A DNA stretch of 64,000 nucleotides from Acidobacteriota bacterium (GTDB taxonomy: Bacteria; Acidobacteriota; UBA6911; RPQK01; JAJDTT01): assembly GCA_965263035.1 (NCBI GenBank), contig OZ253580.1:448001-512000 (forward strand), read 5' to 3'. Under the pieces are notes generated by a model. That model ran no database searches, had not been told where the DNA came from, and was given only the letters and a program-made list of their open reading frames with translations. Below, piece after piece: positions 28,881-40,700 of the stretch (positions are counted from its first letter, which is position 1; every line of letters starts with the position of its first letter). A program made the translations under genes and the position numbers.

Positions 28881-30532
28881 AGTTCTCATCCGGAAAGCCG
28901 TAAGTTATTGGGAAATAAGGACTAAGGAGGCATTTTCAAGCCCCGGTTCTGTCATAGTCGTTTGGTAGTCTATTGGTGCTAAATAAAAGCAACCAAATGA
29001 CTTACACAAAACCGGGGGCTTGAACAATGCGTCGAAAACGGGAAAACCAGCTTCCGCTCTCCGGGCTCTGGCCCGGTCACCGACTCGCCCAGGAATTGAA
29101 AGCTGTTTCCAAGATCTTGGATGACAACCCCTCGATCCTGAGTCTGGTTCTACACGATCTGTGTGACACCGCCGGTTCAGGCCAGGGGGCTCCGGGTCTC
29201 TCCGCAGAGCAGGTCCTGCGCGCGGCCATCCTCAAGAACTGGCATCAGCTGCCCTACACCAAGTTGGCGTTCCTCTGGAGCGACTCTCAGAGCTTTCGTC
29301 GCTTCGCTCGACTCCCTTGGCAATGGACCCCCAGTGCCTCCTGCCTCCAGGACAACATCAGCCGGATTCAAGCCGGAACCTGGCAGCAGATCAACCGGCT
29401 CCTGGTGCAATGGGCGGAGGGCCAGGGACTGGAACGGGGACGGAAGATCCGAGCCGATGCCACGGCCGTGGAAAGCCCCATCCCCTATCCGCGGGATTCC
29501 CAGATGTTGTCCGACTCGGTTCGAGTCCTCACCCGCTGGCTGCGCCGCTTGGCCCGACCTCACAAGATCGTCTTTTCGGATCACCGGCGCCGGGCCAAGC
29601 GACGCTGTTGCGAACATCGCCAACCACCGGGGCAAGCGTCGTCTGCGAGCCTATCGGGATCTGTTGAAGGTCGCTCGCAAGACCGCTCATGACGCCGAGA
29701 GGGCGCTGCGGCAAGCGGATCGGTTCACCGACCTGCCCAGTCTGGTCATCGCCGGTCAACTGCGCCATTACTTGGATTTGACGAAGAAGATCATCGACCA
29801 GACCGAGCGGCGTGTGCTGCGGGGAGAGACGGTTCCGGCCGCCGAGAAAGTCCTCTCCTTGTTTGAGGAGCACACCGACATCATCAAAAAGAAGCGCCGG
29901 GAAACGGTCTTTGGGCACAAGCTGTTTCTGACCGGCGGCGTCTCCGGCCTGATGCTGGATGCTGAGGTGGTGCGGGGGAACCCTAACGATGCCGGTCAGT
30001 TCCAGCCCTGGATGCGGCGCCAGTATGATCTGTACGGCCGTTGGCCTCGACAGGTCAGTTGTGACGGATGCTTTGCCAGCCGCTCCAATCTGGAGTGGGC
30101 CAAAAAGCAAGGCGTCCAGGATGTCGCCTTTGCCAAGAAACGCGGACTGAAGGTCCCTGAGATGGTGCGCTCCAGTTGGGTCTACCGGCAACTGCGACGC
30201 TTCCGGGCCGGCATCGAAGGGTGCATCTCGTGGCTCAAGCGAGTGTTCGGACTCGGACGCTGCACCTGGAAGGGCTGGCCCCACTTCCAGCAATATGTGT
30301 ACCTCTCGATCGTCAGCTTCAACCTGCTGGTGCTGGCCCGCCTGCTGCTGTAAGCGCAGCTTGAATCCATTGCCGATGCCCCGTCAGGGACTCGTGTCTT
30401 CAAAATCCGGGATCGGCTCTCAACGGACTTGAATTTCCTGCTTTCGGCCCCCATCGAGCCGGTTTATTGCAGTTTCCCCGGTCTTCCTCGGGCTACCCAA
30501 TCCCCCAAAACCCGACTTTCTGGATGAGAACT
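28881..30532 (+). mobile_element. ISNCY/IS5-like insertion sequence (~1.65 kb) within the helicase gene
   Basis: Imperfect IRs AGTTCTCATCCGGAAAGCCG / CGACTTTCTGGATGAGAACT; target duplication AGCC (or TAGCCA with 1-bp shorter ends). Confidence 0.9.
29027..30353 (+). pseudogene. Frameshifted DDE transposase (ISNCY-like)
   Basis: RADATAVES in the first frame; EKVLSLFEEHTDII, FGHK, SCDGCF, RAGIEGCIS in the second; frame switches near 29610. Confidence 0.88.
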
Positions 30533-33500
30533 AGCCAGTGCCTGACCCTGCGGGATCAAGGCGCACCCCCCGGCATCAGCGCCGTCATCGTCTATCCCAT
30601 GAACGCGTTGGCGGAAGACCAGTTGATGCGATTGCGCGGGCTGCTGGCGGGGACTGGGATTCCGTTCGGGATCTACGTTGGCAAGACGCCGGAGCGGGAG
30701 ACGGACGTGGCGGGAGTCCGGCTTCGGCCGGGATCCTCGCGCGCCACCTATATAGCCCGGTTAAAACGGGCGCGGCGCGAAGGCTCCGGCGAAACGGTAT
30801 ATCCCTCGGAAGAAGTCTGTTCCCGGGAGATCATGCGCACTGCCGGCCGGCAACCGAGGATACTGCTGACCAACGTCAAACAACTTGAGTTGTTGTTGAC
30901 GCGACAGCAGGACATCCAGCTGTTCTCCGATGCTCGTCTGGACTACCTGGGGTTCGATGAGGCGCATACCTTCACGGGCGCTATGGGCGCGGAGACGGCT
31001 TGTCTGATCCGGCGCCTCCGGGCCTTCTGCAATGCCGAAACCAGCCATACGGTCTGCGTCGCGACTTCGGCGACCATCGTTGATCACGACGATCCGGACG
31101 CCGCGCGCAGCTTCGCGTCGCGGTTCTTCGGCGTCTCCTCCGACAAGGTGACCACCGTCGGCGAGGACTATGCGGAAGAGATCTGGGACGAGCCTCGTTT
31201 CGTCCCACCGGAACCGGGCGAAGATCCGGAGGTCATCCTCAACCTGTGCGTCGGCGCGGTGGAGGACGAAGACCGATCCGGAGCCGGCATCCGAAGAGCC
31301 TATCGACTGCTTTCAGGGCAGAATCTGGGTCAGGGGAGTTGGCCGGAAGCGCTGCACCAAGCATTGTCCCGCAGCGACCTCGTCTACGGTCTCAACGAGG
31401 AATTGAAAACACCCAGGCCGTTGGAGGAACTCCCGGAAACCCTGGAGCAACGCGTGGGTCGGCCGGTGACGGAAACCGAGATCCTCGCTTGGTTGACTCT
31501 CGGCGCCGCCGCACGGCACCAAGAGCGTCCGCTGCTACGACCGGTCGTACACGGATTCGTGCGAGGCATCGGAGGCGCGGTCGTAACGTTTCCGGAGGAT
31601 TGGAACTCCGCACGGCTATGGCTCGCCGCCGAAGACAAAGGCCAGCACCAGGAGTTCGGCGAGAATGACGCCCACTTTCCCGTCACCACCTGCACGACTT
31701 GCGGGCAGCACTACTACGCCGCCTTCCTGAAGGATTTCGAATTCACCGGCAGTCGACCGGGCGGAGGGGAAGCCGGTTCGAATAGCCATTGGTGGCCGCC
31801 CCTGGAAGAGACTCTCGGCGGCAAGCGAGTCTTGCTGGTCGATCACCTGGTTGGCGCGGGCGACGACGAGGGGAGCCGTTCCACCACTCGCACGTCCCCG
31901 CTTCACTGCTGCCGAAAATGTGGAGCAGTGCATCCCCAGGCGGCTCCGCGGTGTCTTTCGTGTGGCGCCATGGCCTCCACCGTTCAATTGGATGCGATTC
32001 GGCAGAGCAAGAAGAACCCCGGTTTCCTGACCAGCTGTTTGTCCTGTGGAGCAACGGCTCGGCAGGTGAACGGCCGTTACCGCGAACCCGCGCGGCCCGT
32101 GCGGGCGATCAACGTCTCGGATGTCCACGTCCTGACCCAGGACATGGTGCACCACGCACAGCGCCGGCGCCTCTTGGTGTTCTGTGACAACCGCCAGGAC
32201 GCGGCGTTCCAGTCGGGTTGGATGAAGGACCATGCCCGTCGCTTCCGGCTGCGGGCATTGATGGCCGAAGGCATCAAGGAACGCCCTCGTTCAGTGGGAG
32301 ATCTGGCGGCCTATCTCGACGACCTGTTGGAAAGCGATGAGACACTCTCCCGGGCGCTGATCCCGGAGGTCTGGCAGGTCGCCCGCCGCGAGAGCGCCGG
32401 CGGACGCCACGGACAGGAACGCCGGAAGTTCCTTCGCTTTCAGGTCCTGCGCGAAGTCGCTCTGTCGGCTCGGCAAGCGTTCGGGCTGGAACCCTGGGGA
32501 CGAATGAAGGTGGAGTACGACGGTCTTGATTCGTTCCTGCCATGGATTCAGGAACGCGCCCACTCCCTGGCCATTTCGCCGGATCGCCTGTGTGAGGGCA
32601 TCGCCGGCGTTCTCGACTACCTGAGGCGAAAACGCGCCTTGCACGACCCGGAACACGAGATCTTCACGAAGTACTGGATGGAGGGTGACCGCGAGATCCA
32701 GCAGGGCTACCTGCCCAGCTTTCTGAAACCCAACGGCACCAAGCTGCGGCGCGGGTCGACGGAAAAAAAGGAGCAGGTCACGCAATGGCTGAGCGATGCC
32801 GGTGACACGACAATGCGTCAAGTCGCCCGGAAATGGGGTGTCGCCCGGAAGGACATCGAGCCGGTCCTGGAGAGCCTGTTCGAGTTTCTGGTCCAACGCC
32901 GGCTGCTGGTTCCGGTACGGCTCAAGGGCGCCAGGGGCCGTCCATTGCCCAATCTTCAAGGCGTCTACCAGGTGAACTCCGACCGCCTGCTGTTGAGTCC
33001 CCACCGGGGCGTCAAGCGATGCCGGCATTGCCGGCGTACGACCGTACGAGAACTGCCTTACGACCTATGCCCTGCGTGGCGATGCAAGGGACTTCTCGAA
33101 TGGGTGCCGGAAGACTCAGACAACTACAACCTGCAACTGCTCGACGGCAGGTACTCAATGCTACGGCCCGAAGAGCACACCGCCATGGTCCCGCAGGTGG
33201 AACGGGAGCGCCTGGAGAATCTGTTCAAGGGCGAAACGGACGCAGTCAACTGCCTGGTCTGCACCCCGACGCTGGAACTCGGCATAGACATCGGTCAGCT
33301 CGACTCGGTGCTGATGCGCAACGTGCCGCCGTTGCCGGCCAACTACTGGCAGCGCGCCGGACGGGCGGGAAGACGCCACCGCATGGCCGTCGACATCACC
33401 TATTGCCGATCCGTCTCACACGACCGCGCCTACTTTGCCGAGCCGCTCAAACTGCTCGGCGGCAGGATCGATCCGCCGGCCTTCAACCTTCGCAACGAGA

Positions 33501-36221
33501 CTATGGTCGCCAAACATGTCCATGCCACGGTCATCGGCGGCCTCCATCGGTACGGCCGCGCCCCAGACCGGACGCAGGTGGAAAAGGATGAGATACGGGG
33601 CATCCTGGAGCTCTGCCTGCCGCGGGTCGTCTCCCCCTACCTGTTCGACGGCGGCGACGTGCGTCGTGTGCCGTTCGACTTCACTCCATTGCGAGATCTG
33701 GTGGGCCAAAATTCAGAGGATTTGACCACCGTGGTGGAACGGGTGTTCCGGCAGGGCTGGCCCGAGGCGGACGCCGGTGTTACGGAGCCGACAATTCTGC
33801 GGGCCCAAGTCGAGGGGTTCGTCGACAACTTGGAAGCCGTCGTTGCGCGCTTGCGACGCCGCCTGAATTAGGCCTTGACCCAGATCCGACGGCTAAACGA
33901 GCGGCGTGTGCGTAAGGGAACACTCGACGCCGAGGACGAGGCACTGTTTCGACGCTGCGACAGGTTGGTCAAGCGGCTCAAAGGAACCGCTGGTTGGTCC
34001 TGGAAGCAGGCGCAGGGACACGACGATTACAACACCTTCAATGTGCTGGCAGCGGAAGGATTTCTACCCGGCTACGGTTTGGAAGTCGGTTCGGTGGTCG
34101 GGTGGGCGGAGATTCCGTTCTGGCGGATGGGGGCCATGGATTTCAGCTTGCCGCGAGCGCCCGCGACCGCCTTGCGCGAATACGTTCCCGGCAACCTCAT
34201 CTACGCCAACGGCCACCGCTTCGTGGCGCGCCGCTTTCACCGTGAGCTCGCCGAAGAGCATGCCGAAACTCCCGTCTACCACGTCTCGCCGGATCGCCAA
34301 GCCGTAAAGGCGGCCACGGGGACCAACGGCTCGTCTTTGACCGGACAACGTCTGCGAACGGTAGCTGTCTGTGACACGGACCTGATTCACACCTCTCATA
34401 TTTCCGATGAGGAGGAATTGCGCTTCCAATTGGGCGTCGCCGTTTATGGGCTCGAGCTCGCCCAGCACAGCGGAGGAAAGGCGTTCCGTTGGGGACTGCA
34501 ACCAACGCACCTGAGGCGTGGCGTGCGCATGCGCCTCGTCAACGTAGGTGCGTCGGGAACCATCAAGAGGTCCGGCGAGTTGGGCTATCCAGTGTGTACG
34601 GTGTGCGGCCAGAGTGTCTCGCCGCTCTCTTCGGAACGCCAGCGCAAGAAGTTTCGTGAGTCCCACGCTGAACGATGCGGCCGTTCACCGAAACCCATGG
34701 GCTTCTACGCAGACGTGACGGCGGATGTATTCTCCCTTCCCGCATGTGACGACGCCGCCACAGCCTACAGCGTGCTGGAGGCTCTGCGGTTCGGCGCCGT
34801 TCGTGTGCTCGACATGCATTTGGACGACTTGCAGATTCTCGTGATCGGACATGTCGATCGCGACGAAGTGGACGCACTGCTCTGGGATCCGATGCCCGGC
34901 GGCTCCGGCTTGCTCGATCAGATCTGCGAGCGCTTTGGGGAAATCGTTAGAGTGGCTCGCGAAGTCGCCGACAACTGTCCCGCCGTATGTGAATCTTCCT
35001 GCATCGACTGCCTGCAGACTTTTCGAAACGCCTACTACCATGCACGACTGAATCGTAGGATCGCGTTCGAGCGGTTGGAAGAGTGGGGAAATCGCTTGGC
35101 CTTCCGTCACGCCATCCCGCCGCTGCAACCGGACCCGAAACCGGATGACACGCAGATGCCTGTCAACGAAATTGAAACCAAGTTGCGGCACTTGTTGCGA
35201 GCTGCTGAGTTCGGAGAGGGTATCCGCGGAGAGCAGATACAACTGGGGCCCCCATTGGGCACCACGACACCGGACGTCATCTACCGGGCCGAGGACGACG
35301 AGCCGGACGAGGGTCTCTGCATCTATCTCGACGGCATGAGTGGCCATCTCCACGGCAATCCGAAAACGGCCGTACGGGACCAGAGAATCCGCACTTGGCT
35401 CCGAAACAACGGATACGAGGTGTTGGAGATCCCTGCCAACGAGTTGGACGACGAAAACGCAATGGTCGGGTATTTTCGCCGGCTGGCAGGCTATTTGGGG
35501 ATGCGCGACATCAGGAAGAAATTGCGCCGCGACCGTTCTTGGTTTCGCGACCCCGAGTCCCAAATTCGCAATAGGGGGACTCGCCTGCGACTGGTCACAC
35601 CGAGCCCCGAGTCATGCTACGTCAACTGCGTGCCGCTGGTTCCCATGGAAGCGGCTGCAGGAGCCTTCGGCGATCCTCACACTCTGCCCGACGAGTCCGC
35701 CTGGGATTGGGTCAGATTCGATACGGCGCACCCGTTGCGGCGAGGCATGTTCGTTGCTCGAGTGGCCGGGCAATCGATGGAGCCAAAAATTCCGGATGGA
35801 TCTTATTGCCTCTTTAGGAACCCAGTCACCGGTACACGTCAGGGACGCACGGTGTTGGTCCAGTTACGCGATGCGATAGATCCCGATACGGGCCAAAGAT
35901 TCACGGTCAAGCGCTACCGGAGCGAGAAGACAGCCGACGAGTACGGTTGGAGACACGTCAGGATCGTCCTCGAACCCGTCAATCCCGAATTTCAGCCGAT
36001 CGAATTGACGACCGAGGACGAATACGCCGTGGCGGTAGTGGCGGAGCTGGTCGAAGTCATCGGCCCGGCACCGCCTGAATGATGACGGGGAACTGGAAAA
36101 ACCCCCATCTGACATCGCACAGCGCCAACGAAGTTTCTCGGCGGTAGATTGAAACCAACGGAAAGGATATTGTCGTTTCGTGGCTTGATCGAAGCTCTCT
36201 CGATAAGTCGGAGACGTTTTG

Positions 36222-36674
36222 ATGAGCAATGTGGAACGGGTGCACGTCGACGGCAAACTTCTCGCGCGGCTCACGAGTGCTTTGAAGGGACGGGAGGAGA
36301 TCCTCGAAGCTTACCTCTTCGGATCTCATGCCCGTGGTCAGGCGCAACCGCACAGCGACATTGACGTCGCCGTCTACATCGATGAGGCGTTGGCCGACGA
36401 CGGCGCGTGGGGTTATCAGGCGCAGCTCACAACAGACCTCATGGTGGTTCTGGGTACGAACCACGTAGACGTCGTCGTGCTCAACCGGGCCTCCATTCTC
36501 TTGTACCATCGGGTTCTGCGCGACGGCGTCCGATTGCTCTCGCGGGACCTCCAGGCGACCACCATCCGTGCGGGTCAAGCGCTGTCGCGCTACTTCGATT
36601 TCCTGCCCCAACTGGACAAGATGGACCGCGCGCGGCGGCACGCCGCCGACGCCGCCACCGAGGACCGGCGGTGA
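36222..36674 (+). CDS. mntA: MntA-type minimal nucleotidyltransferase antitoxin
   Basis: YLFGSHARGQAQPHSDIDVAV (GSx10DxD); VDVVVLN. Confidence 0.9.
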   Translation: MSNVERVHVDGKLLARLTSALKGREEILEAYLFGSHARGQAQPHSDIDVAVYIDEALADDGAWGYQAQLTTDLMVVLGTNHVDVVVLNRASILLYHRVLRDGVRLLSRDLQATTIRAGQALSRYFDFLPQLDKMDRARRHAADAATEDRR

Positions 36675-37111
36675 CTCCGGGCCGTGCGGACCGCCGTGCT
36701 GTGGAGAGGCGTCTCATTGCGCTGCGCCGAGCGGTCTGCGTCCTGCGTGGGCACGCCGGCTGTACGCCGCAGCAACTCCGCACCGATATCAACCACCGTT
36801 GGGCCGTAGAACACGGTCTTCAGCTCTCCGCACAAGCCGCCCTCGATGTCGCCACTCATCTGGCTTCGGCTTTGGGTTTCGACCCGATGACATACGGTTC
36901 GTCCATTGACTGTCTGGTAGAAGCGGAGGTCTTGCCCGCGAATTTCGGGGATCGTTTCCGACGGATTGCGGGTTTCCGAAACGTGCTTGTGCACGGCTAC
37001 CTGGATGTTGACCTCGACTTGGTCACCCAGATTCTCTCCGAACGATTGGATGACTTCGAAGAGTTCGCACGCCACGTCGAGAGGTGGTTCTCCGAGTCGG
37101 CGAGTCCATGA
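36671..37111 (+). CDS. hepT: HepT/DUF86 HEPN RNase toxin
   Basis: GTGA overlap with mntA; RNVLVHGY (Rx4HxY). Confidence 0.9.
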   Translation: MTPGRADRRAVERRLIALRRAVCVLRGHAGCTPQQLRTDINHRWAVEHGLQLSAQAALDVATHLASALGFDPMTYGSSIDCLVEAEVLPANFGDRFRRIAGFRNVLVHGYLDVDLDLVTQILSERLDDFEEFARHVERWFSESASP

Positions 37112-37218
37112 ATTGGTGCGACCTACGACGGGGACGGTCCTCAGCAATGGTATTCATTGCAACCAGCCGTTCGTTGCGGAAGAAACGTATATCCGAGACA
37201 AAGTAAAGGAGAAGAGGA

Positions 37219-37671
37219 ATGAATTAGAGACTGATCATCATCGGTGGCCTGGTCTTCTGGGTGGTAACCAACATCTTGGGATTCGGGGTCACGAGTCTGA
37301 TCATCCACGGTGCGATTCTCGACCCGTTCTACAGAGCGAACGAATCCCTATGGATCGAGCCCTTGCGGCAGGACCCACCCGATATGGCGGCCGTCATGCC
37401 GCATTGGATCATGGTGTCACTGATCAGCAGTCTGGTCGTAGCCGGTCTTTACAGCTGTTTACGCAAGGCTTTCGAGGGTCCCGGCTGGAAATGCGGGATG
37501 ATCTGGGGGCTCTATCTGGCCATCTTCTCCTTCGTCACTCTGTTGGGCTATGCTGGGGTGATCGCGCTGCCCATGACGATCGTCATCTGGTGGAGTGTCG
37601 ATGGACTGATTCTGTTCGTGTTGGGAGGAGCCGCTATGGGTTGGGCCGGGGAGAGGTTTGCGGGCGACTGA
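37219..37671 (+). pseudogene. Four-TM membrane protein with an amber stop at codon 3
   Basis: Strong RBS before ATG 37219; reads MN*RLIIIGGLVFWVVTNILGF in frame with the track ORF 37261-37671. Confidence 0.7.
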
Positions 37672-37705
37672 AAGTCGCCCCGCCGGTCGTCACTCCCGTG
37701 AGGAA

Positions 37706-40700
37706 TCACGGTTGAATTGGAACCACCGGTAGCGTGGTAAAGATCCGGTTTCCGGTGTCCAACTCCACTGCCACTCCCGTGAACATCCCTTCCCCGGGAG
37801 CCGTACATCGGACCGACCCCACGAAGTCCCTCGTGTCCGTTCGCGTGAACAGCTCTTCGATGAACCCGGCATGCTGCCCGTTGCCGCCGAGATTGATGTC
37901 CACCGATTCCAATTCCTTACCGCTGCTCATCAGCCAGCAGCGAACCGTTATCCGTGCCACTTCCAGGTTCCGGATCGCCGCCGCCGTGCGGATCGCTCCC
38001 TGCTTGCGCCGCGCCGGGAACAGCGCGTCTGCCGTGGGTTCGCTCGCACCCACCCCGGCCACGCCGACACCGGGAATGTCAAAGCGCAGGACTCCCCCCA
38101 TGGCCCCTGACGCCACCACCCGGACCGATCCCGTCACCACCTCTCCCCGGCCATGCGTCGAGATCGTCAGCTCGCCCAGTCGAGCCATCGGAGTCCGCAG
38201 GGTCAGACCTCCGTCGTCCCGCACCAACAGATCTTCGCTGATGTCCACCATCGATTCGGGCTCCTGCAATTCTCCGCTCCGATCGTAAAAGTAGATCGCC
38301 GGACGGGCCGTTGACGCGGCCACGTTCACCAGAACCAGATCCGACGTGATCAGGGTTCCGTCACCGGAAGTCCCGTTGGCGAAATGCGCGAAGTTGAGGG
38401 TCGTTTCCCGATCTTCAGAGGCCTCCGGGTGGATTGGCACCACCGGCAGCGTGGTGAAGATCCCATTGCCCGAGTCCAGTTCCACCGCCACTCCGGTGAA
38501 CGACTCGCCGTGCGGGACCGTACAGCGCACCGACCCCACGAAGTCCCTGGTGTCAGTCGCGGTGAACAGTTCCTCGATGAACCGGGCGTTCTGACCGTTG
38601 GCGCCGAGCTCGATCCCCCTCTCTTCCAGTACCACACCGTTTTTCATCAACCGGCACTGCACGTCGACGGCGGCCATCCCCAAGTTGTGGATGGCCGCCG
38701 CCGTGCGGATCTTGCCCTCCTGCCGCCGGGCCGGGAACAGGGCGTCCCCGGTGGGTTCACTGGCGCCCACGCCGGCCACACCGATCCCGGGGATGTCGAA
38801 GCGAACCACTCCGCCCATGGGTCCGTCCGACACCACCCGAACCGATCCCGTCGCCACCTCTCCCCGGCCATGCGTCGAGATCGTCAGTTCGCCCAGCCGA
38901 GGCACCGCAGTGCGTGCGGTCAGGCCCCCGTCGTCATGGATCTCCAAATCGTTCCTGACATCCACCAATGATTCGGCCTCGAGCAGTGCGCCCGCCCGGT
39001 CGAAGAAATAGACGACGGGGCGGATCTCATCCTCACCGACGTTCACCAGCACCAGGTCAGAGGTGATCAGGACGTCATTGCCCGTGTACCCGTTGCCGAA
39101 GTGAGCGAATTCCAGGATCACCTCCTCAGGCACGGGTCGGGCCACGCCCACGGGCGTGGCCTCGGCCGGATCGGAGGAAGGACTCCGGCCGACCTCGTTC
39201 ACCGCCCTCACTTCGAAGACGTAAGCCCGGGCGTTGCTCAGTCCGGTCACCCTATGCGTCAGGTCCGTGGATCCTGTGGAGATCCACTCTCCGGCCCGGT
39301 CGATCCGGACCTCGTAGTCGGTGATGGCCGAGCGGCCGTCGCTTTCAGGCGCCTCCCAGGAGAGGGTCACCTCTCCGTCGCCGGCTTCCGTCTGCAGGTT
39401 CAAGGGCGCCGTGGGCGCCGTGGGCGCCGTTGGAGGCGGCGCGGGTGGCGGAGGTGGAGGTGGAGGGGGTGGCGGTGGAGGTGGAGGGGGCGGCGGTGGT
39501 GGTGGAGGTGGGGGAGCGACTTCGTTGTCCTGGACCGTCACCTGGGCACTCTGGGTCGACGTCGGTCCCAGCCGGTACTCGTCTCCGGACTGCAGCCGGG
39601 CGGTGACTCTTCCCGCGGACTCGGATACGTCGTCATCATCCGTCAACACCGACAGCGTCGCCGTCTCCTGCCGGGCCTGGAACACGACTTCTTCCGGCGG
39701 CTCGTATGACGCCGACGTCTCGATCACCGACCCCCGCTCGGTGACCTCCACGTTCACGGTCAGCGACGCTTCCGTAGGCGGCCCGCGCGTCAGAGTGAAC
39801 TCCACGGTGTCGCCTTCCGTCACCGTCTCCGATCCCTGCCTCGCTTCGATGGTCACCAGCGGTGGCTCGGCCCGCCGGTTCGCCGACGTCTCCGCGGCGT
39901 TGCTGACCTCGTCCTGAATCGGGTTGAATCCCGGCATATAGTCCACCATTACTGTTTCACCGGCCCCCACCGCTGAGGCCAGCGTCAAGATGACGCTGTT
40001 GCCCCTGACCTGGACCTGGGTGACCGTTCGATCGTTCCCGTCCACCGTCACCGCGAAGTCGGAACTCGACGGCACCGAGCCCTCATCCAACTGCTCGTCG
40101 TAGTTCAGCGCCACCCGCGACCCGTGCACCGTCACGTCTTCCAGCTCCGGTTCCGCCCCGTCCACCTTGTGGTCCGCCTGCGCCTCTACCTCTTCGTAGT
40201 TCCGCGCCGCCGCGTTGTCCGCCAGGTCCAGGATCTTCCCTCCGTTGAGCGCGATGCTTCCCCGCGGGATGCTCACTCCATCCTCGTCCTCGTCCCCCTT
40301 CTCCACCGTGTAGACGAACACCACGGCTGGGCGGTCTGGCCCCACGCTGGCGCTGGCCCGCTTCCGCCGGTTCCCTACCAGAAGATCCAGCGTCGGGGTC
40401 CCCCGCACCGTGTCCACCGTCACCGTCTCGTCGTAGCGCACCGTCACCGAGATCATGTCCCCGATGGCGTACGTCTCATCCGTTCCCGGGTCCGAACTGA
40501 TCTCGATCCCTTCGATCGACGGCGCCGTCGTGTCCGGCGTCTGGTTGTCCAAGAACTTGTCTGTAAACCTCTCGGCGTCGTTGCCCACCCGGTCCTGGAT
40601 CGGATTCGATCGCGGCTCGTAGCTCACCCGGATCCCCGTCTCTCCGTGTTCCGCCGCTGGACTCACCGTCAGCCGAACCTCACTCCCGGTCACCTGAACC

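Larger units (their letters stand above)
28496..36082 (+). pseudogene. Large DEAD/DEAH helicase-DUF1998 gene with C-terminal DUF559-like nuclease and S24 peptidase domains; interrupted by an IS and an in-frame TAG
   Basis: MALNPI...TGTGSGKT (to 28880); IS; YPMNALAEDQ, FDEAH, ATSAT, TPTLELGIDIG, QRAGRAGR; TAG at 33869; CPAVCESSCIDCL; IYLDG..H...RDQRIR; GQSMEP...TVKRY. IS removal restores the frame (IVSQCLTL), ~1976 codons. Confidence 0.9.

Noticed and set aside
29590-29630. Programmed frameshift in the ISNCY-like transposase
   Set aside because: No slippery heptamer at the frame switch; more likely a small indel or sequencing error.
33869-33871. Genome-wide TAG reassignment or pyrrolysine
   Set aside because: TAG ends intact genes normally (aquaporin, IS1380 transposase, FG-GAP protein), and no suppressor tRNA or pyl genes are present.
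37706-39120. Duplicated C-terminal segments as a DGR template/variable pair
   Set aside because: Both copies are in-frame coding sequence, differences are not evidently adenine-specific, and no RT is nearby.
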